Assembly: GCF_963921235.1 (NCBI RefSeq)
Contig: NC_086120.1
Location: 19,654,001-19,718,000 of the forward strand
From: Mobula hypostoma
Lineage: Eukaryota
Length of the DNA stretch: 64,000 bases
Direction of reading: 5' to 3'
Under the pieces are notes generated by a model. It made no database searches. It was not told the DNA's origin and saw nothing but the letters and a program-made list of their open reading frames with translations. The first letter of the stretch is position 1, and every line of letters starts with the position of its first letter. Of this stretch, positions 1-13,184 are shown piece after piece. The translations under genes were made by a program, and so were the position numbers.

Positions 1-119
1 GTCCACACGTGCAACATAAAACATACTCCAGCTGCATTAAGAGGTACATGGCATCATACAAGTAGATTTCACAAGAACATGCATTAAACAAAAATATCCA
101 GATAATTTATAATGAAACA

Positions 120-780
120 CAATTAAAACAAGAAAAAAAAACTTAAATTTAGTGTAAGGTGGTCATAGTGTTGCTGAACTGTAGTGATTAAGGTTTTATA
201 GGTTGGTTCAAGAGCTAAATGATTGAAGGGAAATAGTTGTTCTTGAACCTGGTGGTTTGGGATCTGTACCCCCTGCTTGATGGTAGCTGTGATGATGGGG
301 GTCTTTGATGTTAGTTGTGGCCTGCTTGAGGCAGCATCTCTTGTAGAGGGATGTGCCCATGATATATTGGCAGAATCCATTACTCTCTGCAGCTTATTGC
401 ATTTCTGTGCATTCAAATTGCTGTTCCAGACCATGCTGCAACCAGTCAGGATACTTTCAACAGTATATTTATAGAAGTTTGTTGGAGTATTCAGTGACAA
501 GCTGAACCTCCTCAAACTCCTAAGGAAGTAAAGATGTTGGTTCACTTTCCTTCTTATGATTTAATCTATGGGTTGGGTCCAGGGCAAGTCATTTGGCATG
601 TTAAGGCCCAGGAATTTAAAGTTGCTAACTCCCTCCTCCCTCCCTCCCAGTGCAGATTGGCACATGTTCACCTGCCTTCCCCTTCCTGAAGTCAACAATT
701 AGTTCTTTAGTTTTGCTGATGTTGAGTGACAGGTTGTTGTTGTGATACCACTCAACCAGGTGTACTATCTCACTCCAGTA
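120..780 (-). mobile_element. Rex1/Babar-type LINE 3' fragment (others at ~21270-21624, 21950-22240, 42490-42960)
   Basis: QHLYFLRSLRRF...FYKYTVESILTGCSMVW C-terminal motif; the copies at ~22250 and ~42950 end in (ctgatt)n tails. Confidence 0.75.
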
Positions 781-989
781 AAGGTCTCTCTCTACCCCAG
801 AGAGTTGTAAATACTATATTTTCAGAAATATTTAAAGTGAAGTAGATAAACTTTTGATCAGGTGTGTATACATTAGTTCAGCTGCAATCTTGTCTTAATC
901 TTGACTATAACTGTGAACAAGTCGACAATGTCTTGGAGCTTGGCCTCCAAGCATGTACAAATACGAGAACTGATGCTGCCCTCACCCTC

Positions 990-1830
990 ATCTCTTCCAT
1001 TTCTCAGTGACCTGCCTTCACCCTATCTCCCAACCACCTTAACAGAGATACAGTTCCTTTTGTCCTTACCACCCACCCCATGAGCCTCCATATCCAGCAC
1101 ATCATTATCCACAACTTCTGCCATTTTCAATGAAATCCCACCACCAAACACATCTTTATCTCTCGTAGTGGCTAGCACAAAACTATTACAGCTCAGGGTG
1201 TTCTAGAGTTAGTTCAATTCTGGTGCCATTTGTAAGGAGCTCTGATTTCCTCTCACAGTCCAAAGGTGTACTAGTTTATAGGTTAATTGGTAATTGTAAA
1301 TTATCCTGTGATGAGGCTGGTGTTAAATAGGTGGGCTGCCCATCAGTGCGGCTCATTGGACCGGAAGGACTGCTTTGCGCTGTATTTCTAAAGAAATAAA
1401 ATAATCTCTCCACTTTCCATGGGATTACTCTCTCTCTGTGATTCCTTTGTTCATTTGTCCCTCACACTAATCTCTCCCCTGACACTTATCCCTGCAAGTG
1501 GAACAACCACTACAACTGTCCACAAGCACCACATCCTCCCTCACAACCATTCAGGGCCCGGAAACGGTCCTTCCTCGCAAAGCAACCCTTTACCTCCAAA
1601 TCTGTTCGAAGTGATCTACTGTATCTGGTGTTCCTGGTGTAGCTCCCTCTACTGACATAGGTCAGGGGACTGCTTTGTTGAGCACCTTTGCTCCCTCCTC
1701 GTGAGGGAGGATTTCCATATGGCCAGACATTTTAATTTCACTCCCCATTCCCATTCCGACATGCTGGTCCATGGCCTCCTGTACTGCCACAGCGACCCAC
1801 TCTCAGACTGGAAGAGCAACACCTCATATT
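990..1830 (+). mobile_element. Degenerate Penelope-like fragment interrupted by a SINE (~1165-1400)
   Basis: VIYCIWCSWCSSLY resembles VIYCVRCSRCGLLY; ARHFNFTPHSHSDMLVHGLLYCH matches the 63.4-kb element. Confidence 0.75.
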
Positions 1831-2570
1831 CTGTTTGGGTTTCCTCCGGGTGCTCCGCTTTCCTCCTACATTCAAAAGACACTCAGTTAGGGTTAGTAAG
1901 TTGTGGGCATGCTATGTTGACGCCAGAAGTGTAGCGACACTTGTGGGCTTCTCAGTACAATCCTCGCTGATTTGAATTGATTCACTATATATTTGGATGT
2001 ACATGTTACAAATAAAGCTGACCATTTAAATGCTGCATCCATTATCCATTGACATGTTTCAAAACCTAATTTTGTAGGTCATCAGATATATTAGCCACCA
2101 TCCTCACTACTTCAATATTAGTTTTTCACTAATATTGATTCCAATGAACTCTATTTCTTCATCAATAAAGACAGGCATGAAACATTTGTATTTTTCCTGT
2201 AAGAAAGCTACAAAATTCTGCAGATCTCCTTTTCTTTTCATTTACCTGTAAGAGCTCTTAGAATTTGTTTTTATGTTTCTTGCTCAACTGCTCGAAAATG
2301 TTTATTTCCCTTTCGTTACGAGGACCACGAGGAGCCTAAATCATAGGGAAATTGTGCAGAACCAGGAGAGCATCATTTACATTTTGAAGGTGACAAACTT
2401 CTGTGGAAGAGTCTAGTAACTGTCACATGATATTAGAACACGTGACAATCACCTTGGGAGAGCAAGCAAAGTTTGCATCTGTGCATACTCCAACTAACTC
2501 AATTCTACTAAACTGGAAAAAATTGTTCTCCATGAGCAGAGGGATGGCACCTGTGATTTTAATTAACTTA

Positions 2571-5470
2571 GAAACATAGAAAACCTACAGCACAATACAG
2601 CCCTTCGGCCCACAAAGCTGTGCTGAACATGTCCTTACCTGAGAAATTACCAAGGGTTACTCATAGCCCTCTACTTCCCTGAGCTCCATATACCTATCCA
2701 GGAATCTCTTAAAAGACCCCTATCGTAACCGCCTCCACCACTGTTGCCGGCAGCCCATTCCACATGCTCACCACACTCTGCATAAAAAACTTACCCCTGA
2801 TATCTCCTCTGCACCTACTTCCAGGCACCTTAAAACTCCGCCCTCTAGTGCTAGCCATTTCCGCCCTGGGAAAAAGCCTCTGACTATTCACACAATCAAT
2901 GCCTCTCACCATCTTATACACCTCTATCAGGTCACCTCTCATCCTCCTTCACTCAAAGGAAAAGAGGCTAGGTTCACTCAACCTATTCTCATAAGGCATG
3001 CTCCCCAAACCAGGCAACATCCTTGTGAATCTCCTCTGCACCCTTTCTATGGTTTCCACATCCTTCCTATTGTGAGGTGACCAGAACTGAGCACAGTACT
3101 CCAAGTGGGGTTCTGACCAGGGTCCTGTATAGCTGCAACCTTACCTCTTGGCTCTTAAACTCAATCCCACGGTTGTTGAAGGCCAATGCTCTGTATGCCT
3201 TCTTAACCACAGAGTCAACCTGCATAGCAGTTTTGAGTGTCCTATGGACTTGGACTCCAAGATCCCTCTGATCCTCCACACTGCCAAGAGTCTTACCATT
3301 TATAGTATATTCTGTCATCATATTTGACCTACCAAAATGAACCACCTCACACTTACTGTATCTGGGTTGAACTCCATCTGCCACTTCTCAGCCTAGTTTT
3401 GCATCCTATCAATGTTCCGCTGTAACCTCTAACAGCCTCCACACTATCCACAACACCTCCAACCTTTGTGTCATCAGCAAATTTACTAACCCATCCCTCC
3501 ACTTCTTCATCCAGGTCATTTATAAAAATCATGAAGATTAGGGGTCCCAGGACAGATCCCTAAGGCACACCACTGGTGACCGACCTCCATGCAGAATATG
3601 ACCCATCTACAACCACTCTTTGCCTTCTGTGGGCAAGGCAGTTCTGGATCCACAAAGCAATTTCCCCTTGGATTCCATGCCTCCTTGCTTTCTCATAAGC
3701 CTTGCATGGGGTACGTTGTCAAATGCCTTGATGAAATCCATATACACTACATCTTCTGCTCTACCATCATCAATGTGTCTGGTCACATCCTCAAAAAAAT
3801 TCAATTAGGCTCGTAAGGCATGACCTGCCTTTCACAAAGCCATGCTGACTATTCCAAATCATACTATGCCTCTCCAAATGTTCATAAAACCTGCCTCTCG
3901 GGATCTTCTCCATCAACTTACCAACCACTGAAGTACTCACTAGTCTATTATTTCCTGGGCTATCTCTACTCTCTTTCTTGAACAATGGGACAACATCTGC
4001 AACCCTCCAATCCTCCGGAACTTCTCACATCCCCATTGATGATGCAAAGATCATCACCCAGGGGCTCAGCAATTTTCTCCCTCGCTTCCCACAGTAGCCT
4101 GGGGTACATCTCATCCAGTCCCGGTGACTTATCCAACTTGATACTTTCCAAAAGCTCCTGCACATCCTCTTTCTTAACATCCACATGCTCAAGCTTTTCA
4201 GTCCTATGTAAGTCATCCCTACATTCGCCAAGATCCTTTTCTGTAGTGAATACTGAATAAAGTACTCATTAAGTACCTCTGCTATCTCCTGCAATTCGAT
4301 ACACACTTTTCCACTGTCACACTTGTTTGGTCCTATTCTCTTGCTCTTAACATACTTGTAGAATGCCTTGGGGTTTTCCTTAATTCTGTCCGCCAAGCCT
4401 TCTCATGGCCCCTTTTGGCTCTCCTAACTTCTTTCTTGAGCTTCTTCCTGCTAGCCTTATAATCTTCTAGCTCTCTATCATTACCTAGCTTTTTGACCTT
4501 TTCATTAGCTCTTCTTTTCTTCTTGACTAGATTTACAACAGCTTTTGTACACCAAGGTTTCTGCACACCCTACCATCCTTTCCCTGCCTCATTGGAATGT
4601 ACCTATGTAGAACTCCATGCAAATACTCATTGAACATTTGCCACCTTTCTTCCGTACATTTCCCTGAGAACGTCTGTTTCCAATTTATGCTTCCAAGTTC
4701 CTGCCTGATAGCCTCATATTTTCCCTTACTCCAATTAAACGCTTTGCTAACTTGTCTGTTCCTATCCCTCTCCAATACTATGGTAAAGGAGATAGAGTTG
4801 TGATCATTATCTTCAAAATGCTCTCCCACTGAGAGATCTGACACCTGACCAGGTTCATTTCCCAATACCAGATCAAGTACAGCCTTTCCTCTTGTAGGCT
4901 TATCCACATATTGTGTCAAGAAACCTTCTTGAACATACCTAAGAAACACCACCCCATCTAAACCCCTCGCTCTTGAGACATGCCTTCGATATTTGGGAAA
5001 TTAAAATCTCCCATCACAAGAACCCTGTTATTATTACACCTTTCCAGAATCTGTCTCCCTTTCTGCTCCTTGATGTCCCTGTTACTATTGGGTGGTCTAT
5101 AAAAAACACCCAGTAGAGTTATTGACTCCTTCCTGTTCTTAACTTCCACCCACAGAGACTCTGTAGACAATCCCTCCATGTCTTCCTCCTTTTCTACGGC
5201 CATGACTCTATCTCTGATCAACAGTGCGATGCCCCCACTTCTTTTGCCTCCCTCCCTGTCCTTTCTGAAACATCTAAAGCCTGGCACTCAAAGTAACCAT
5301 TCTTGCCCCTGAGCCATCCAAGTCTCTGTAATGGCCACAACATCATAGCTCCAACTACCGATCCATGCTCTAAGCTCATTCGCTTTGTTCATAATATTCC
5401 TTGCATTAAAACAGACACATCTCAAACCATCGGTCTGAGCACATCCCTTCTCAATCACCTGCCTATCCTC
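2571..5470 (-). mobile_element. CR1 LINE ORF2 (APE endonuclease + RT), pseudogenised
   Basis: GVFYRPPNS, MGDFNFPNI, LDLVL, DHN endonuclease motifs; KSPGLD, QHGFVKGRSCLT, YMDFxKAFD, KFADD, RGDLIEVYK; many frameshifts. Confidence 0.95.
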
Positions 5471-5809
5471 CCTCTCGCACTGTCTCTAAACTTGTTCAGG
5501 TAAAATAGGGAGTTGCATCTGGGGAAGAAGAATTTTGGTTGCAAACATTCCAGCTGGATATGGCACAGGTCTAGAAGCTGTAATGATGGAACTGCAATCT
5601 GAGTTACAATAGAATGACATTATATGTTCAGTCCCTTAAGAGATGAATTGACTTTGTAGAGCATGACATTATTGTCCTCTCTCAAGAGGACATAGCTTCT
5701 CCTTACCATAGCTGCATTTCATGCAATAAACTAGTCTTCCCCCTTAACCAACTATCTCAGCATGTGGCATCATATGGCAGAATACAGCAGTCTGAAGTTA
5801 TAGAGTGAT

Positions 5810-7220
5810 AGCACAATACAGCACAGTTACTGCCCATGTCAAACACCTTGCCCAACCGAATTATCCCAGTTTCCTCCATTCAGCTCATATCTAGATCCTG
5901 CCCCTCATGTTCCTATCCAAGTGCTTCTTAAGTGATCCTCCTGTACTTGTTTCATCCAATTTTTCTGACATCTTGATCCATATCATCATCGCAATCTGTA
6001 CGCAAAACATCTGCCTCTCAGGTCTCTTCTAAATCTTTTCCCCCTCACCCTATATCCATGCCCCCTACCCTGGGGAAAAGACTGTTACAGTCCATCTTAC
6101 CTATACTTATCATTTTAAATATTTCAGTAAGGTCACCCCTTATTGCAAGAAATAAATGTTCCAAGGAATAAAGACCTGGCCTGTGAAGACCTCTCCCTAT
6201 AATTCAGGCCCTCTGATCCTGGTAACATTCTTGAAAATCTTTTCTGCACTCTCACCAGTTTAACCACATCTTCCCTACAACCGAGCCCAAAACTGTATAA
6301 AAGTGCAGCCTCACCAACAACTTATACAACTGCAGCATAATACCCTAACTCCTTTACTCACAGCCCTGACTGTTAGAGGTGTGCTAAATACTTCTTTTTA
6401 AACCACACTGCATACCTTTGATGCCACTTTCAATGAACTCTGCACTTGTACTCTTAGGTCCCTCTGTTCCATTACACTCCGTAGTGCCCTACTATTCATA
6501 GTATAAGTCCAATATTGGTTTGAGTGTCCAAAATCCATCACCAAACACTAATCTGTATTGAAATCCATTTGCCACCTAGCCTACTTCCTGAACTGATCAA
6601 AATTCTCCTGTAATCAATGATAAACTCTTTCACTACCAAACACACCTAATTTTGTATCATCTGAAAACTTATTAATCAGGCCTTGTACATTGACACCAAA
6701 ATCATTTATATAAATAACAAATCACAAGAGTTCCCAACACCAATCCCTGTCGCACACCACTAATTAGCGGCTTCTACTCCAAGAAACAACCTTCAACTAC
6801 CTCTCTCTGCCTCCCACCTCCAAGCCAATTCAGAATCCACCTAACTAGGTCTCCCTGGATTCCAAGGGATGTAACTTTCCAGGCCAGCCACCATGTAAAG
6901 TCTTGCTTAAGTCCAAATAGACAACATGACTATCCTTTTTCATCCTCCTTTTTTGTTACGTCTTCAAGCAATGCTAAAAGGTTCATCAAGCATGGCTTTC
7001 CATGCACAAGTAGCTTGTGTGATGTGGTAGGTTCCCACGCTGACTCCTCTTAATCTGATTTTGTCTATCCAAATGCTGGTAAATCCTGCTCCTCAGAACT
7101 CCCCCCAGTAACATCCTCACTACTGATGTCATGCTGACTGGCCTGTAGTTCCCCACCTTGTCCTTGATACCCATTTTAAACAACAGAACATTAGCCACCT
7201 ACCAGGCTTTGGTAACTTCA
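5810..7220 (-). mobile_element. Older CR1 LINE fragment
   Basis: GNYRPVSMTSVV and a decayed RT/3' region. Confidence 0.8.
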
Positions 7221-10200
7221 CCATCAAAGACAAGCTGAAAGAGCAGAGACTAAGATGAGAATTATACATATTGTACATATGTTGAGTTTTTAAAAATCAA
7301 GGTAGCTGAAACATTTTTCATTTATCACTCTGTGGTGAGGCCTGTGCTTGAGGACAGCCTATATGCAAAATATACCATATAAATTTAAGTCTTTCTTTCA
7401 TCTAAACCAAATGTTGCAAAATGACTTTTCCAGACGATTCATACCTTTGCTCAGCAAATATCACCCCTGTCTAATTCCAGATTTATACTATTTATGATTG
7501 TGAAGTAATATGGACTATTATTGTGAAGTATTAGACTGCTATTTAAGCCACAATCAAAACCCATTCTGATTTATTGTTACTGCAGTGTTTGGAGTCTTAA
7601 AAAAATCAAAAGTCAATAGAAGCTTATTTTTGCCTAAATGTAAGGCTGATTCTCTCTTCAAATGTGTCTACAATATATTAAAGAACATCCATTGTAAGTA
7701 AATTGTTCATTATTTTCTGTATTGCATTCTTGAATCTGTATCTTAAAACACCCTCCCAGTTATAAACTTATAAATTTAAGCAATATAATCAATAAACAAT
7801 TGTTTCAATTACATATGGTAATTGATTACAATATTAGACATTATCTGATAACAGAATTGATGACACTAAAAGCCTGAATATGTGATAAATACCAAAAAAA
7901 GGTCAATTAATGAAGTAATTTGTTTTTCTGCCGGGCAATTAACTTTCCCTACCATTGCTGACGCGTTTTCAACTGCCAAGGCCCTTAAACTATCCATTTC
8001 CCATCTTAAACCGCAATGTCTCCCTCACTCACTATTTACATTGAAGATATCCATTAGAATCTGCTTTTAATAAGACTTGCGCTCATTTAGTGCAGTATCT
8101 ACATGTTTCTTTTTTGACAGTATTCCATGGGATGTTTTAACATATTACAGGTACCTTATAAATATATGTCATTGTGAATGAGTATGGGAAACCTATTGGG
8201 AAATTTCCCCCAATTTTTAAAAATATAATATACCAAAATCAGATACAGTAAAATACTTGGGTTTGCATGTAGGTATTAATAACTCTGCTCTGGAATGTCA
8301 ACAAAGGTCCAATTTCTTACAGATGCAAAATAAGATAAATTGTAGCAGTTTCTGTAGATAGAAAAAACTCTATTGCAATGATTAAAGCTTAAGTTTTTAA
8401 ACAAAGGCATTCAGAACATAAATAATTTGCATTTGATTTCCTGGTGGTTCATGAGGCTGTTTTGTTTATGTTTGTTTTTCTATTCTTGGGCAGGGTTGAG
8501 GATGACCTGTCTATTGGATTCTGAAGTTATTGTTGAGAGCAAGTGAGTCATATAGACTATACCATGGGTGGAGCAGGAGATGCTTGATTGGATGGACAAG
8601 TGAATACTTTGAAAACGGGCTGTGCTCATTTCTCCATTTACACTCGGCTGTATGTTTCTTGTAAGTGAACTCTGGGTTCTTAATGCAATCTAAAATACTC
8701 CTTCTCCACTTTGAGCAGTCATAGTTACTCTGAGCTCCCAGGAGGTTTCAAGAATAATTCTCCACCCAATTATTTCTTGCCATGACAGTCTTTTTCTGGT
8801 ATTAGGCATGCAAATGTATCTTCTCATCAGAATCAAAGAGATGTAATTAAGGCTTTAAAACCAGAAACACTGGATTCAGAGAAGGTACTGACATTGCTAC
8901 TCATGACCTGTTAATGAATTTGGAGGAACACTCGTGATATCTCTTTGAATTACTTCATTCATTCATAATCCATTCTTAGAAGAGTGCAGGAGGATAGGTC
9001 TTTTGCTGGGTTTGAGATATTATTCCAGGAATGGTAGTTGGTCCAAATCTATACTGCACACTGAACGTAACAGTGAATTTCCTCATTAACGACTGTCTTT
9101 GCTGAGAGTTGACTCTCAAGATATCAGAAGGATTTTAAAGAATTCCGAGGTGTCATCATGAACATTTATTGCCAGTTGATTGCATGGTTCAGCAGAGGCA
9201 GAGAGGACCTGTGTTTTGCAGAGGTTAAGTATAAGGCCTGTTCTCTTATGTGCTTCAGTGAAAAGGTTGAAGAACAATTAAAGATTAAAGATTATCTTCA
9301 TTTGTCACATAAACATCAAAACATTGAAACATGCCTCGAAGTGCGTTATTTGCGTCAACCACCAGCACAATTCAAGGATGTGCCAGTAAAAGCCCGCAAG
9401 TGTCACCATCATAACACGCCCACTGCTTACTCATTTCCCTTTACTAACCTGTGTACCTTTGGAATGTAGAAGGAAACTGGAGCACCTGGACGAAACCCAT
9501 GTGGTCATGGGGAGAATGTACAAACCCCTTACAGACAGCAGCGGGAATTGGCACTGTAAAGTGTTACACTAGCCATTACGCTACCATGCCATGGACAATG
9601 ACTTACCATTTATATGATTTTTGTGAAACAAAGTGGCAATGTGTAGCAACCACTGAGCAGATCAAGGCCAGAAAACTGAGAATGCAGCATATCCCATATG
9701 AGCACAGATTCACTCTCCATCAATCATACTGCTTCTTTTCCACTGGAGTTGTGAAGTAGTGGCCATATCTTAAATGCCTAACTTTCAAACCAAATTTTAA
9801 AAACTTGCCTGTCTGGAATGTGATGTTTTCTCTGCAATAGCTTCTCCAATAAGACATTTTTTCTTTTAAATTTTCATGATTTTATACGTGAAGCTGTATT
9901 GACTCCTGTTTAAGAAACTAGTTATGTGCTCTTTTGTATCTGATGTCCTTTTTGGCCCCTGATTTTATGTGAACACCTACTGAAAATTAACCTGCAGGAC
10001 TACGTTTGCTTGTTTGTTTGTTGGAGCTGGCTCCCTTATCCTGTTAGGAAATAGACGGTAACTTTAGTAAGTCCAGTAATATGAACATGTTTACTCAGTA
10101 GAAAGCAACCAATTCACCTAAAGCTTGCTGCACCATGATAATTTAAATGTGCACTAGTAGCTACTATTATTGTGTTTTAAAATTGTATTCATGTTCCTAT

Positions 10201-10689
10201 CTACCCTCGGCCAGTAGGCTCGATAATGAGTCAACCTATCGCCAGGGAAGTGATGACCACCATCTATTACACTGTTCGAGGTAACTTATTTTTATTCTTT
10301 CTTACTTCTCTTCTAATATTTGTATATCTAAGCACTTGCAATGCTACTGTGACACTGTAATTTCCTTTGGAATCAATAAAGTATCTATCTATCATTCCTA
10401 GAATTTTGCATGTACTTTATTGTGATAATATTCAATAAGGAGTTAACTTAAAAACTGTACTGAGAGTAGGTACATTTTTAATGCTGTACTTTTCTTTGTA
10501 ATTCATGTACTTAAAATTCTATGAGATGCCAAAGAAAACTACCGCAGAACAAGCAGTAAGATCACAAAGAACAAACAAAACATGTTTTAAAATTTGGAAC
10601 ATCATAAATATATATATATAAAATAGGAAATGAAGGTCAAACTCTATTGAGTTAAAATCTAGTTACTAGGCTTATACTAGAGACTTGAG

Positions 10690-11240
10690 CTGCTAGAATT
10701 TGGAGCAGAAAAATAAACCACTATAAGAACTTAGCAGGTCAAGCACAGAGATGGCCTATATTTTACTCTACAGCACAACTAAGAGTATAGATGGAAAATG
10801 CTCATTATATAGAGTAGAAGTGAGGGGGAGGGGTGAGACAGAAGCTGGTAGGTGATTGGTGGAACAAGATGATGGCAGTAATGGGCAAATGGAGGGGTAA
10901 AGACAAAGGCTGATGGAACCAGATAAGGGACTGATGAAGGGTAGATGGAACCAGTTGGGACAGGAATGGAAAAGGTGAACTAAAGGAGAGAAAACCTTAC
11001 ATATTTAGTAGGTATGTGGTTGAAGGAACTAGATGGAGGAGTGTGGTGAGCTTAGCTGATAGTTGGGGGAGGGAACGAAACGGAAAAGGTGAACAATGGG
11101 AAAGAGACGCTAGATGGACAGGCTGGAGTAGAAAAGGAAAGCAGAGGGTGTGGGTTACCTGAAACTGGAAAATTCAGCATTCATGCTATTGGAATGGTGG
11201 CTACTCAGCAGGAATACAAGGTGCTGTTCCTCCTGTAAGC
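10690..11240 (-). mobile_element. Degenerate Penelope-like 3' region
   Basis: Purine-rich reverse complement of the PLE 3' region; ...ggaatacaaggtgctgttcctcc matches the PLE C-terminus. Confidence 0.5.
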
Positions 11241-11935
11241 TGGAGATAACCCACTTTACAATCAGTTAGACAGTTGTGTGCATGGAGTATGATGGAGACA
11301 TTGGAATGCCTGAGAATGAACATACTGCCAGAGGGAGTGGTAGAGACAGATACATTAAGGGCATTTAAGGGACTCGTATATAGGTACGTGGATGAAAGAG
11401 AAGGAGGGCTATGTGAGAGGGAAGGGTTAGATTGATTTTAGAGAAGGTTAAAAGGCTGAAAGGCCTGTATTATGTTGTATTGTCTATATTCTAAATATTG
11501 TTACTTTCTGTCATAGATAAAGAACATCATTCATGTAACCTCTTGATAAGATACACCATCCTTTTCCATAGCCCTTTTCCATTTCTTTTCAGGCCTTAAG
11601 ACAAGAATCAGTGTCTTTAGGGCTTTTTTTCATTCAAATTCAAGTTTATTGTCATTCAACTGTATATATGTATACTGCCAAAGGAAAACAATGATCCTCT
11701 GGATCAAGGTGCATAGCACTATAAGTATAACTCTCACACAACACGCATAGTAATATTACCACAAATACATTGACAAATATTAAAATGTATTCCAGGAGAT
11801 CGACTATGGTCATGCTGGGTTCAGAGAAGAACCACAATCAAAACTCTCATTTTTTGGAATAAATCAGCACTTTGTGGGTTCTAGGCCTCTGATGTATTAG
11901 AATTTAACAGTTCCCTACTTATCATTTCTGTTTTC

Positions 11936-11998
11936 TGCAAAAATAAAAATAAAATAAATACATTGTATAACATCACTTATTCAATATGGTTATTTAAT
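11936..11998 (-). terminator. Candidate KISS1R polyadenylation region
   Basis: Minus-strand ATTAAA (11993-11998) about 370 nt after the stop, followed by a U-rich tract (11936-11960). Confidence 0.3.
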
Positions 11999-12367
11999 AA
12001 ATCCCTAGTTCAAGCCATCTACACAGCCTGCAGTAATTCCATTATTTTCCCTTTTAAACATAAGCAAGCTGTAGAAGATACCAATTGTACAAAGCCAGCT
12101 AAAGAAAATTCAGGATCACCCAAGAGCCTTCTTCAACTTTAAAAGCTGAGGTGGGTTAATGGTTTGGAACATCTACATCCTAAATGACCTATCCAACAAA
12201 GCTGTCCAAGTAAATACAATACTTTTTAATCTAACAGCAACATGAACCATAAGTAAGTAGAAATTCATTGCTGCCGCCATCATTCCGGAGTATTGAGAAA
12301 CAACTACTTGAACATGCAAGCTAAAGTTTGAAGAACTGAGTCAATGGTGGCTGTCATTTTACACTTT

Positions 12368-12724
12368 TTATGTTCCAGATGAAACAAAATGCATCTCTGT
12401 ATTACCAGCACCATTTCCACTGTTTATGCTCCCAACTCTTTGTTTGAAGATAAATGGAAATGCCTTTTTGAATGATTTTCTGAAGTTGGCTCCCATGAAT
12501 GCATACACTATGGGATTGATGCAGGAATTAGTGTAAGACATGCAATGGGCCCAGATCTTCACTTTGTATGTATAATAACTCCTGTTAAAGTTTGGAAGGA
12601 AAGACTGCAAAAGGATATATAACTGGATAGGACCCCAGCAGATGGCAAAAAGAAGGACCATAACTGCTAACATTCTGGAGATCTTTGTGCGCATGGCCTC
12701 TGACCTTTCAGCAAGAAGCTGTAC
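12368..12724 (-). CDS. KISS1R: KISS1R coding exon 5 (TM6, TM7, C-tail, stop)
   Basis: ttttacag|VQLLAERSEAMRTKISRM...CWGPIQ...KIWAHCMSYTNSCINPIVYAFMGANFRK...NTEMHFVSSGT*. Exon sum 238+125+136+239+357=1095 nt = 364 aa plus stop, with no frame break. Confidence 0.96.
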   Translation of the reverse strand, partial: VQLLAERSEAMRTKISRMLAVMVLLFAICWGPIQLYILLQSFLPNFNRSYYTYKVKIWAHCMSYTNSCINPIVYAFMGANFRKSFKKAFPFIFKQRVGSINSGNGAGNTEMHFVSSGT

Positions 12725-13184
12725 CTGTAAAACAGTTTTAGTCTGCGATAAGGACCCAATAACATACAGAAGCATGGATTAAGAAATGGCAATTTGATCC
12801 ATTGAATTCATTTATACTATACTAAATACCTTATACTTTATATACTATAATTTAACTTTCTGAGAGAAAGCTTGGCATGAATAACCTCTAATCTCTCAAA
12901 TGCAATCTGTAATTAATTTATTCTTGCATATCCTTCATCACAGCGGAGTAAAATTTTATTTCACTTAACAAAGGCATTAAGTATTGTGTAAGCAGAGAAT
13001 AAAAAGGAATGCAGAGCTGAAATGATCACTTGTCTATGGAAGTTCAACAGAGTATTAACTTGTCTTGCCAATTGCCAGCTTGGAAATTCTAAGTTTTGAA
13101 TAAAACTAATTACATCCATTACTCTAAGTAACCCTCTCAGATTTCACTGTCAGTTCTGCAGCAGAAGTGGAACCATAACAGGAG

